In this document: positions 1 to 23,941 of the stretch, piece after piece
How positions within the stretch are numbered: the first letter of the stretch is position 1
Layout of the letters: each line of letters starts with the position of its first letter
Made by a program: the position numbers and the translations under genes
Notes under the pieces: model-generated
Database searches by the model: none
Seen by the model: only the letters and a program-made list of their open reading frames with translations
Told to the model about the DNA's origin: nothing
From: Salpingoeca rosetta
Lineage: Eukaryota > Protista > Choanoflagellata
Length of the DNA: 64,000 nt
Direction of reading: 5' to 3'
Assembly (NCBI GenBank): GCA_033442325.1
Contig: JAWQFM010000025.1
Span: 424,638-488,637, forward strand

Positions 1-25
1 TTGTTTGAGAGAGTGAGAGAGAGAG

Positions 26-124
<99 letters not shown>

Positions 125-274
125 ATGTATGTATGTGTGTGTGTGTGTGTGTGTGTGAGTGTGTGTGTGTGTGTGTGTGTGCGCGCACGCTAGCTGCTGA
201 TGGCGTCAAGGGCGAACTGCCGCCATCAGTATCGTCACCATCATCGTGACCACCATCACCAACACTGTACGCAC

Positions 275-5834
<5,560 letters not shown>

Positions 5835-5968
5835 CCCGTTGGGGAGGTGGTGAAGGTGTGGAAGGTGGGTGTGTGGAAGGTTGTCTGTTGATGTGGGTGG
5901 AGTTTGTTGTCGTTGTGTGGTGGGAAATATTTTGGAAAAGTCGCCGGTGTCATTGCAAATGTTCAGGA

Positions 5969-7342
5969 ATGGTGGTGCAGATGGCAAAGATGAAGACGAA
6001 CACGCACCCACCACCAACCACGCCGTTCGCACCAACCGCCATCATCACGCACGCTCTGGTAGTGGTGGTGCTTGTTGTTGTGTCATGCTGGAGCGGGCTG
6101 TCACTGGGCGAGGTTGTGCTGGTAGAGGATGAAGCGGGTGCGCTGCATGTGAACACGAGCAATGCGACACTGCAGCCCGTGTTTGTAAACGGCGTGGATG
6201 TTGGCAGGGCCCTGCAGGCGCAGCAGAGCATCATCGAGGCGCAGCACCGCACGTTGGAGGCGCAGCGCACGCGCATCGACGCCCAACGGTCCGCCATCGC
6301 CTCGCTGGCGCACCAAGTGTGCCCTCCGTCCGTCATCGACAGGGACGCGACAGCCGGCAGTCTCACCAGCGACGGCAGCAAGTGGGCCGGCGGCGTCCTC
6401 GCAGACAACGGCCGCATCTACTGCACCCCGTTCTACGCGCCGTCCGTGCTTGTCATCGACCCGGCCACGCGCGCAACGGCCACATTCCCCGTCACAGGGA
6501 TCGCGCCACAGGCCAGCAAATGGGCCAACGGCGTGCTGGGGCCAGGCGGCCGCATCTACGCGTTTCCCGCATCAGCGACGACCGTGCTCATCATCGACCC
6601 GGCCACCAACACCACGGACGTCACCACGCTCGGCGACTTGCCCGCCGGACCACGCAAGTGGGGTGGCGGCGGCGTGCGCGCGCGCAACGGCCTCATCTAC
6701 GGCGTGCCCTTGAAGGCGTCCTCCGTCCTCATCATTGACCCCATCGCCAACACAACCGACACCACCACCATCACGGGCCTCGGCGACAGCGAGTACAAGT
6801 GGTACGGCGCGGCGCTCGCAGACAACGGGCGCATCTACGCCATACCGAGGGCCGCGGTCTCCGTGCTCATCATCGACCCGGCCACCAACACGGCCGACAT
6901 CACCACCATCGCCAACTTGGGGCACTTTGGCGACAACAAGTGGGCCGGTACCGTGCTTGCCGGTAGCGGCAAGATCTACGGCGTGCCCTTGTCAGCGTCA
7001 TCCGTGCTCATTGTGGACGCGGCCACCAACACGGCCGACAACACCACCATCACCCTCTCCAACGCAAACGCAGTGGACCAAGTCTACATGTGGCTGGACG
7101 GCGTGCTGGCGTCCAACGGCCTCATCTTCGGCGTCCCCTTCACCAGCGAAGCCGTGCTCATCATCGACCCATCCACCAACACGGCCGACACCACATCCCT
7201 GCCCGTGAACGAGGGCGCCTTCAAGTGGGCAGGTGGTGTGCTTGTGGACGGTGCTGGTGGTGCTGGTGGTGGTGGTGGTGAGGTGATTTTTGGTGTGCCG
7301 TACAACGAGGAGTTTGTGCTTGCTGTGGATCCCGGGTGTTGA
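5969..7342 (+). CDS. Intronless secreted 7-repeat beta-propeller-like protein with N-terminal GALHxNT/VNGVD motif and coiled-coil stalk (family copy 1)
   Basis: In-frame ATGs at 5969/5981/5990; hydrophobic signal ALVVVVLVVVSCWSGLSLG; GALHVNTS...PVFVNGVDV; heptad Q-rich stalk; seven W-x-G-x-V-L-A-x-N-G-x-I-Y-x-x-P...VLIIDPxTNT repeats; ends DPGC*. Confidence 0.85.
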   Translation: MVVQMAKMKTNTHPPPTTPFAPTAIITHALVVVVLVVVSCWSGLSLGEVVLVEDEAGALHVNTSNATLQPVFVNGVDVGRALQAQQSIIEAQHRTLEAQRTRIDAQRSAIASLAHQVCPPSVIDRDATAGSLTSDGSKWAGGVLADNGRIYCTPFYAPSVLVIDPATRATATFPVTGIAPQASKWANGVLGPGGRIYAFPASATTVLIIDPATNTTDVTTLGDLPAGPRKWGGGGVRARNGLIYGVPLKASSVLIIDPIANTTDTTTITGLGDSEYKWYGAALADNGRIYAIPRAAVSVLIIDPATNTADITTIANLGHFGDNKWAGTVLAGSGKIYGVPLSASSVLIVDAATNTADNTTITLSNANAVDQVYMWLDGVLASNGLIFGVPFTSEAVLIIDPSTNTADTTSLPVNEGAFKWAGGVLVDGAGGAGGGGGEVIFGVPYNEEFVLAVDPGC

Positions 7343-8924
7343 TGAGGGGAGATGGGGTGTAGGGAGGGGAAGGAGGGTTGGACGGGGGGTTGGGGTGTGT
7401 GGGGGTGTGGGATGGGTGCGTGTGGGTGTGGATGGGTGCGTTAGGGGTGCGTATCTTTGCTTCTGCTTCACTTCCCTCTTTTTGTTACAGAGTTTCGCGA
7501 GGCTTTGATCCATACGAGACGCAATGAATAAACATGAATAAATGTTGTTGCTCTGTATTGGCGCATCAACAACAACAATTGCAACAACAACACACATCAA
7601 CAACACCCGACAACCCCAGCCAGCGCTCCCTCCCCCTCCTCCCGTGCACAACGTCTTCAGAGGTCGTCATCACCACCTGGGCTGAGCTGGCTGTACAACT
7701 TGCTCTGTGAGGTGGGTTGTTAGTCGCAGCAAAAAGAAGGAAAAGTCGTGCCGAATCAACCAACCAGCCAACCGTAAGCCAGCTGTCATGCTTGCTGGTG
7801 TATGGCACGGACTCGGTCTCGAGTGTGGTCTGCAACGCATCGTCGTCGTCCCCGCCAGCAACGAACAGAAAGCAGTTGAGCAGTTATCCAGCATTGGCAG
7901 CAGGCTCCGGCCAGCTGAGGAGCAAGCACTCTGCTGAATGCAGGCTGCGAGGGAGTATGTACACTTGTACACCTCCTCATCAAGGGCGACCAGATGATGC
8001 GCCTCTCGTCTTCCCGTGGCTGTGTTGCTGAAGTGATTCTGTGCCGTCCACCTCCTTCCAGTCCACTTGAACGTCTAGCGGGTTCATGGCATGCATTGCC
8101 AGCTTGGGGAGTTGTCGTCATTGTGAAAGGAAACGCTCTTTTGATGCATGACGTCGGCCAGCCACCACGGACACACTGAGCTGTGCATAGCGACGTCAAA
8201 GCTCAGTGTACGTGGGAAAGGGAGGGGAGTCGGGCAAGCGGGCACTCAACTACTCAACAACGTCGAAGCAGTTGGACGCAAAGCTCTCTTGCGCAGGCCA
8301 CTGCAAGACTGCATCTCAAGGGATGACCTGCCCATCAACACAGTTTGCTCCTCCCAGCACCAGCGGACCAGGGTCGGCCACTGCTCGCCCCAAAGAAGCC
8401 AGCTAAAGAGCACACGCCAAGAAGACCCACAGCACAACCACACACCAACTGTGAATGGAGCAGGCAAGTGTCCGCTGCAACTGTGGCGGTTGTTGTTGTG
8501 TTTTGTTTTTGTTTTTCTTTTGATTCCGCGTGGAAAATTTGCACAACAGCCACAAGAGGCAATAGAAACAACTGGATGGTACGGGCCCAAACACTTTCCT
8601 CTTCTGAATGCCTCAATTTGCCTGTTGTGTTTGAGTGGATTGATTGCTCACGCAGCGACAGTTTGCTTGGGACGCTGCGTCGCAAAAGTTGGAGAATGTG
8701 ACTGTGCGTCATTTCGCCTGGCTTGCCAGCAACAGAAGCTTGCTTGCCAGGAACAGTGCCGAGCGCAGAGGAGCAGTGCTTTTCTTGTCAATCAACGTGT
8801 GCTCAACAGACTCAGCGAAGCAGAGAAGCAGAGTTCATTCATTCATCCACAAGAACACCTGCAGCAGAAGTCGAACATCCCTGCCACTCACCCTTCCGTC
8901 GACAAACAAACACCGCCTGCGACA

Positions 8925-9528
8925 ATGTCCTCCACGCCACAGCCAACAACTGCAAGCACTGCAACCACAACAGCAGCAGCGCCCATCTGCACGGATGGCG
9001 TGAGCACCTCTGCCATCAAGCGGTTCATGTCGCAGATCAAGGATTATCACCCCAACAACTATGAGGAGGTGACGACGTACGATGCGAGTGTCAAGCCTGT
9101 TATCCACAAGACAAAGGAATGGAGGTGTTCGTACATCGACCTGCTGCGCAGAACAAAGCCTGAGGAAGTGGGACCAGCCACTGTGTTCGTGTCGCACGCA
9201 TGGCAGTACAAGATCTCCGACGTCCTCACTACCATGCTGGAGTACGCCGAGGAGGAGGAAGAGAGAAAGCACAAAGATGAAGATGGAACCAAGCACAGCA
9301 AGCAAGAGACGTTCTTCTGGTTTGACCTTTTCTACAACAACCAGCACAAGGAAGCGCTTCAGGGCCTGACGCCAGAACAGTGAGTTGCGTGTGTTTGTTT
9401 GTTTGTTTGTTTGTTTGTGTGTGTGTGTGTGTGTCTGTGCGTGTGTGGGTCTGTGCGTGTGTGTCAGGTTGCTTTACCAGACGTGTGCATTTCATCTTGC
9501 CACCTTAACGCACACGCACGCACACACA

Positions 9529-9560
<32 letters not shown>

Positions 9561-10877
9561 CGTTATGGTAGGATTGGCGCCCCGTTCAAGAGCGCCATTG
9601 CATCCATTGGCAAGGTGTTGCTGGTGCTGACGCCATGGAACAACCCCGTCGCACTGGCACGTGCGTGGTGCCTGTGGGAGATCTTCTGTGCCATCAGCCA
9701 GGAAAGCGACGTTGGGTTGGAAATCAGGCTGCCACAACACCAGCGCATGGAGCTGAGGGAAGCCGTTCTCGAAGACCACAGGGCAATCACCAACATGCTG
9801 GTTGAGGTGCAAGCGGAGAAGGCGCGTGCAACTGTACCAGCCGACAAGGGGATGATCTTCCAGGCGATTGAGACCAGCGTTGGCTTCGCTGAAGTGAACA
9901 AGGCGGTGAAAGGACAGATGCGCGCCTGGTGTTTGATGATGGCAAGGTCGTTCGTGGAGGAGATGGAGATGGGCGGCAAAGACAGTTCGGCTGAGTTTGC
10001 ACGCATGTGCAACAGAATTGGCCTGGTCATGGAGAGCTTTGGAGAGCACGAAAGAGCAGAGCAGTTGCTTCAACGAGGCCTGGGTGTTGAGTTGGAAATG
10101 TTGGGGGAGAAGCATCCAGACACAGCAACCACATACGGCAACCTGGGCGGGGTGTATAAGAGCAAGGGTGAGTATGACCGTGCTCTGGAGTACTGCAAGA
10201 AGTGCCTGCACATCCGACTGGACACGTTGGGGGACAAGCATCCAGACACAGCAGCCACATACAACAATCTGGGTGGGGTGTATAAGAGCAAGGACGACTA
10301 TGATCGCGCCATCCACTACTATGAGGAGTGCCTGCAGATACAGCTGGACACGTTGGGGGAGAAACATCTGCCCACAGCAACCACATACAACAACCTGGGT
10401 CAGGTGTACAAAAACAAGGGTGAGTATGACCGTGCTCTGGAGTACTGCAAGAAGTGCCTGCAGATCCGCCTGGACACGTTGGGGGAGAAGCATCCAGACA
10501 CAGCAACCACATACAACAACCTGGGTGGGTTGTACTACAGGAAGGACGAGTATGCCCGCGCGAAACAGCTGATGCAACGAGCTGTCGACATCTTGATGGA
10601 CACGCTTGGCCCAGACCACCCACACACCAAAGATGGGCAGCAGAATTTACTTGCACTGCGTCTGCAGGAATTCATTCGTCAAGCTTCACAACACCAGTCT
10701 CCCCCAACCCCCTCTGCACAACAGCGACAACTCCCCACACAGCGCAACCTCCTGCTCCGCTTCATGTCCGCCCAAGTAGCCCACCAATCCTCTGCAGCTC
10801 GTCGCAACTTGATCCTGCGCTTCCTCTGCTCAGCACTGCATGCACACACGTCCCCAGCCTCTGCGGGGCGAGACTGA
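8925..10877 (+). CDS. HET/TIR-like N-terminal domain + kinesin-light-chain-type 42-aa TPR repeat protein; one intron 9380-9571
   Basis: ATG 8925; phase-2 intron CA|GTGAGT...TAG|G restores the frame (EQ-IGAPF); motifs TVFVSHAW, FFWFDLFYNNQH, LVLTPW, RAWCLWE; TPR units LGEKHPDTATTYNNLGGVY with a 126-bp period from 10101. Confidence 0.85.
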
Positions 10878-11447
10878 TCTCGCACCCACTTCCCGCCGCC
10901 GCCAGCTGCAAACTCGCTCGTGGCGTCGCACCCCCTTTTTTGGACACCCAGAATCAGCCCTCCCCCGTCTAGCTCTGGTGAGGTGTGGCAGTCTCGCTTC
11001 GGTGAAGTACGCCACCACGATCCCCATCCTCACGCAGCAGATTGCCGAAAGATGTTCAGGTTGTGCGAGTTGCTACGGTGTTCTTGCGTCTTTACATATT
11101 GCCAATGCGTTCGTTACATGCGAATGACAGCCGATGCTTGTTGGTACTGTGAATGGTGTGGACATGTCTTGAAGCGCGGGTGTGCGTCGTTTTGGCGGTG
11201 CGTGTCTCTGATTTGATTTTGTTGGTGATCGTGCACAAGAATACGCAAGCTGCACGGCCCAAATACACAATGAACTTGTCAAACACTTTACCGACAATGC
11301 AATGGTCAAAGGCACAGCCAAGCTGCTCAACCAGGCGCAAGGGGAACAAATCTTCAACGCACACGCTGACACTCACACCTTCCCCCGTCTGTGTGTGTGT
11401 GTGTGTGTGTGTGTCCGGCACCCTCTCTCTCTCTCACACACACACCC

Positions 11448-13220
<1,773 letters not shown>

Positions 13221-13276
13221 TGAAAATAAAACCAATTTTCCGAACTTCACACCCAAACAAACCCACAAACAGCGTC

Positions 13277-18936
<5,660 letters not shown>

Positions 18937-19030
18937 TGGTGTGCTTGTGTTGCGAGGGGAAGGTTGTGTGTGTGTGTGTATGTTATGTTGTATGAGTGTG
19001 TGTGTGTACTGGGTGTACTGGGACCCTTGC

Positions 19031-19482
19031 TGTGGTACAAGCTTTAGCCAAAGGCCTGATCAATCATAGGATCGACTCAACGTAGGCTATGCTTAAGATG
19101 ACGATGAGAGAATATGCCATTTAGATATTGAACTTAGCCTGAAAGCCGCCGCGACCAGGGAAACACGGGCGGCTGTTATAGCTAAGGCCCGGTGGGGATA
19201 TTTCTCTGCGACAAGGAAGGCTTCTCGGCTACTCCAACGTCTTCTCTCGGGAACGAAGCTAGTGCAGATGTTTCCCTAGCGACTCTGAGTACAGTAATAA
19301 TGCCCAGCGCTGTGAAATTAGCCAGATTTGGCAAGAGACTGCGGCAAAAGGCGCAGAAACCGTTCCGGGTATTCCATGCGTAAAATCGGGGCACAGGGCG
19401 TTGGCGGAGACGTAGGAGTACAACGCAAGGTACTTATCGTAATCTTGTATTACGAGGGACAAACTCCTACTTATGTGGTACA
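19031..19482. mobile_element. Putative non-autonomous 434-bp insertion flanked by the 9-bp direct repeat TGTGGTACA; highly self-complementary
   Basis: TGTGGTACA at 19031-19039 and 19474-19482; the interior is microsatellite-free, compositionally distinct and contains many stems; no terminal inverted repeat is seen. Confidence 0.5.
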
Positions 19483-19484
19483 TG

Positions 19485-19518
<34 letters not shown>

Positions 19519-19868
19519 ATGTGTGTGTGTGTGTGTGTGCATGGCCCCACTCATTTCGCCAACGCACTGGAGCTTGTGTTTGGACGTTGTTTATTGCTTC
19601 CCACTATCGCCTTCGTTGCACCTCGCACTGTTTTGCACCGCGTTACTTGCTTGGTGATGGTGCCTTGCTTCGTTTTCTCCCACAGGGCTGGTTACAATGT
19701 CACGGTTTCGATGACATATGTTGCTCTAACATAAAACGAGACAACGCGAAGCAGGTGAACAGATCAGCGCGTGCAGGTGCAAGCACACAAAGACAAGACA
19801 GCCAAACACACACACACACACACACATACACACACACACGCACAGCAACACATGAACACCGGAGAAGC

Positions 19869-22536
19869 TTAAGCTTCATCCTCCCCATCATCACCATGAT
19901 CATCACCATGATCATCACCCTCATCATCATCACCATCATCCCCCTCCGCCTGCAGTGGCACGTCCTCCTCCAACAGCAGTTGCATTGCAGCCTCCGCCAG
20001 GCCGTCAACCGCGTCCAATCCGGCCCTTGAAGTGTCCACGCCAGCAGCAGTAGTGATGTTGGTGATGGCATTGGTGGTGGTCGTGGTCGTCGTCGTTGAT
20101 TCGCCGAGGATGACGTCGAGCAAGGCATCCGCTCTTCGTTGGAGCTCCTCCACACTGGATGCGCCACGACCACCATCATGTTGCTGCTGGTGGTGTTGCA
20201 CTGGTGCGGGCTGTGCTTCGGGTGCAACGTGTGGTTGAGAGGGCGCTTCGCTGTGTGCGGCGGGCTGTGAAGGGGACAACGTCGATGACACGGTGGTGCG
20301 CGGTGCCTGATGAGATGTCCCACTCTCAAACAACATGACGCGTTGTTGTATCGCCGTCTTGTCCGCGTGGTCAATGAGCGCCTGTACGATGGTGCGGGCA
20401 CCTCTGCTGCAGGCCTTGGAGATGTCACCGATGCTGCACAATAACCGCTGCCTCACATCGGACGTGGCTGTGCAAGATGCGTCCTGCCGGGCCATGCGTG
20501 CCCCGAGGAGAGCCCACACCAGCTCCATCGGCTGCAGGTCCGAGTAGCGTGGCGGCGTGAAGGCAACCTCGTGGCCTTGCTGCCGCGCCAGCGATACAAG
20601 CTCCGGCACGCAGTGTGCCCTGATCCATTTGCTCGCGAGGCGCCTCAGCGTGTCCACGTGCATGTGCGGCCCAGCACCCGGCACGCGCACCCGTTTGCGT
20701 TCATGGCTACTGGCATCAGCCTCCACAACCCGCTGCTGCTTATCACCGCTGTCGCTGCTGCTGCTGCTGCCTGCAACTCCATCGTCGTCGTCACTGCCTT
20801 CACCACCACCACGTTCACCATCACCACCACGTTCACCATCACCACCACGATCACCTTCACCACCAACATCACCACCACGTGTTGATGCCACTGGTTGTAG
20901 TGTCAATGGTGTCCCGGTCCCAATCTCCGCCACAGCTTCCTCCACTGTCTCGGCGCCCGTCGGTGGCGCCGTCAGGAACCCGAGCAGGTCCGCCTTGCTT
21001 GCGGTCGCGACGTGTGGGATGTGCAGAGGGAAGAGCTTGCGGTGTGCTGCGTGGTCCATGATGATGAGGCTTGGCTGGCGCAGGCTCGGGAGCAGCTGGG
21101 ACAACCAGTACTGGCGAAAGCTCGTCGCATCGACGGCCTTGCTATCATCAGTCGTGTGGGAATCACTCCGCTCGTTCATCTTTTGCATCATCGTCATCAG
21201 CGTCATCATCTTCGCCTTCCTCTTCTTCCTGTTCTTCGTCGTCGGATCACCGCCCTCTCCCTTCCGTCGCTTCGCCTCATCAGGATCAGCCACTCATGCT
21301 GTGCCGTCAACAATGCCTGCCTGCTGCTGCGGTGTGCACGGCTGCGAGGGGTCGGCGGAGCGTGGGTCGCGGTTCTGAATGGCCAGCACAACACGCATGC
21401 GAGGGCCGTTCGTCTTCGTGATCTTCACGTGCTCAGCAGCATCTGTTTGGTGACTGGGATCGTGGGTGGACAGCCGAACAGAGCTGTCGTTGGTTGCTGC
21501 TTGCACGTACGCTTCGTCCAGATACACCTGTAACGCACGTCATGAAGTGACACGTAACGTATTAGGATAGCACGACTGACAAAAGGCGGCGCGTGCAGGG
21601 CGAGGAGGAGGCGAGTAGGGGGCGAGGTGGCGAGGTGGCGAGTAGATTCATCGGTGCACAAACACACACACACACACACAGACAAAGACAAAGACACAGA
21701 CAAAGACACACACACACACAGACCCCCCCCCCACACACACACACACACACGCACCTCGCGCAGCTGTTGCTCAGGAGGCTGTTTGAAAAAAAGCGGACCG
21801 CTTTTTTTTTTTTTTGGTTGCGGATCTTGAACAAGGTGTGGAGATAGTCGGCGAGCTTGTCGAGATGGGTTGTCGGTCGTGCCTTTCTCTCATCCCTACC
21901 CTGAGTTTGCAAGTATCCGAATCGCACCAAGAACCGCTGTGTGGCCCTCCTTGCGGCCTGGAGGTCTCTGTGCTCCGGCTGGCTCGTGAGTGGGTTCACC
22001 TTCACAGACAGCACCCCGCTCTCAATGAGGTGCTTCGTGAGTTGCGTGGCATTGATGACCCGGCCGCTGCTCTGCGCTTGTGTGGTGAAGTCTCTGACAA
22101 GCCTGGTCACGCGCCCCGTGGACGGGACACGCTGTGGCTTTGCGCTTGTGCCCCGGTTGTTGGTGATGTTGAGGCTGTTGGGGCGCTTGCCAGCCTCCCG
22201 CTTCATCCGATTCCACTTGCTCAGCAGCTGCCTCACCGTTGCCGCTGAACACCCAAGCATGGCGTCTCTTGTTGCCATCTTGCCACCTGTGCGTGCCGCC
22301 TTCCTCCTTGCTCTCTCCATCTCGTGCTCGTGCTTGAGAAACGTGTGCAGGTGCAGCACCAGGGGACACTCGCGCTCGGACAGCGCTCCACGGCCTCGCA
22401 GCTTCCGGAAATGGCGCATGTCTCCATCCACAGCTCCTCGGGTGGCAGGTATTTCGGGGTCCTCTTTTTCACCTTCACAGCAGCAGCAGCAGCAGGCGCC
22501 GCCCCTTGCCTCTTTGCCTTCTTGCGCAGGTGTCAT
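19869..22536 (-). pseudogene. IS630/Tc1-mariner superfamily (DDE_3-like) transposase, intron-containing and apparently disrupted
   Basis: Motifs RE|VYLDEAYV (intron ~21528-21754), FRQYWLSQLLPSLRQPSLIIMDHAAH and GHEVAFTPPRYSDLQPMELVWA; HTH-like N-terminus (LGCSAATVRQLL, RRATQRFLVRFGY); in-frame TGA at 21294-21296; frame discontinuity near the homopolymers at 21786-21815. Confidence 0.75.
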
Positions 22537-22722
22537 CGCTCCTCATCCTCCATCTCTGCCACCAGGGCTGCTGCATCATCCTCAGATGCGACAACAAAGT
22601 CCTCATCGTCGCAGTTGTTGTTGGTGGCACCAATTGTAGAAAATTTGCCATGATGTGTCACTTCTTTCAAACACCACAAACAGTAGCCAGATATGACTGC
22701 CTCCAACAAACAGCATCACCAG

Positions 22723-23868
22723 ATGCACGAACAGCAGCAACGTCGCGGTGGTAGTGAGCCACCGGCACGGCCACCGGCGCCTGCGGTGGAGGCGGTGCTT
22801 GCTGCCGCGCACAACGCAAGTGCACGCACGTCTCGCGTTGGTGGTGGTGGCACGCTGCCGGGCCTGAAAGGAGTGCCGTTGGCGCACGGAGGGGCGCAGC
22901 GGCTGGACGTGTACCTCAACGGGGAGCATCTCATCTTTGCCAGTGCAAACCTCGAGCACTGCCTGCGCATCTCCCGCATCACCCGGCAATGGGACCTCAT
23001 CGACCGTGCAGCCTTTGACGNNNNNNNNNNNNNNNNNNNNNNNNNNNNNNNNNNNNNNNNNNNNNNNNNNNNNNNNNNNNNNNNNNNNNNNNNNNNNNNN
23101 NNNNNNNNNNNNNNNNNNNNTTGTAACTGGGCTCACACTATCGCTCGCCTGGTTCCGTCTGCGTCTCAAGGTGTTTGGCATTGAAGATGTGGAGCTCATC
23201 CCCCTCCACCCATCAACACTTCCGAAGAAACTCAATGTACGTACGTGTGTGTGTGTGTGTGTATGACCCTGTGTCATGTTCAGAATCGCGAATGGAGATA
23301 ACAACCTCACCACCTCCACCACCTTCCATTCACACCACCACCTCCCATTCACACCACCACCTCCCACTCACACCACCTCTCATTCACACCACCTCCCATT
23401 CACAACACCACCTCCCATTCACACCACCTTCCACCCTCCAGGCGCAGTCTGCGGTGCCGCGAACGGCTGTGCCGGCGTCCGTGTGCTGCAGCGACCGGAG
23501 CGTCGTGGTGAAGGAGCAGCCGCGGCGGTCGGCGCACGTGGCCGCGGACACATTGGCCAAACTGCAGCGCCGCAGCCTTCCAAATGGGGAAACCCGCAGC
23601 ACCAATGGCCGTGGTGGTGGTAATGGTGGTGGTGACGCTGAGAAGGGAGAGGCGCATGCTGGGACAGAGGCAGGTGCCATAAACGGTGGCAGCCGTGGGA
23701 CAAGCACTGCGACAGAGCAGAAAGATGGTAACAAAGGAGGTGGTGGTGGTGTGGCTGATGGCTGTGCTGGTGTTGATGAGGAGGACGATGTGACGCCTCC
23801 GCTTGATCCGGCCACACGCCGCATATGGGATCGGTTGCACAGGAGACACGTCAAGGTCAGATTTGTGG

Positions 23869-23941
<73 letters not shown>

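Noticed and set aside
8148-8924. 5' extension of the TPR gene ORF
   Set aside because: No ATG before 8925 in this frame and no protein-like character; probably intergenic or UTR.
9492-10625. 377-aa antisense ORF over the TPR repeats (and similar antisense ORFs over propeller and LRR genes)
   Set aside because: Shadow frames caused by GC-rich codon bias and repeat periodicity.
19031-19482. Solo LTR (begins TG, ends CA), U3 snoRNA or hammerhead ribozyme
   Set aside because: The outer flanks (CTTGC / TGGTG) give no 4-6 bp TSD for an LTR. Only a short CATAGGATC resemblance to U3 is present, without the other boxes. No CTGANGA...GAAA hammerhead core was found on either strand.
21294-21296. TGA as selenocysteine or an alternative genetic code
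   Set aside because: TGA is used as a normal stop in many genes in this window and Trp is TGG; no SECIS evidence; mutation or error is simpler.
23315-23432. CACACCACCTCCCATT-type short tandem repeats
   Set aside because: Degenerate intronic minisatellite before a splice acceptor; no sign of function.
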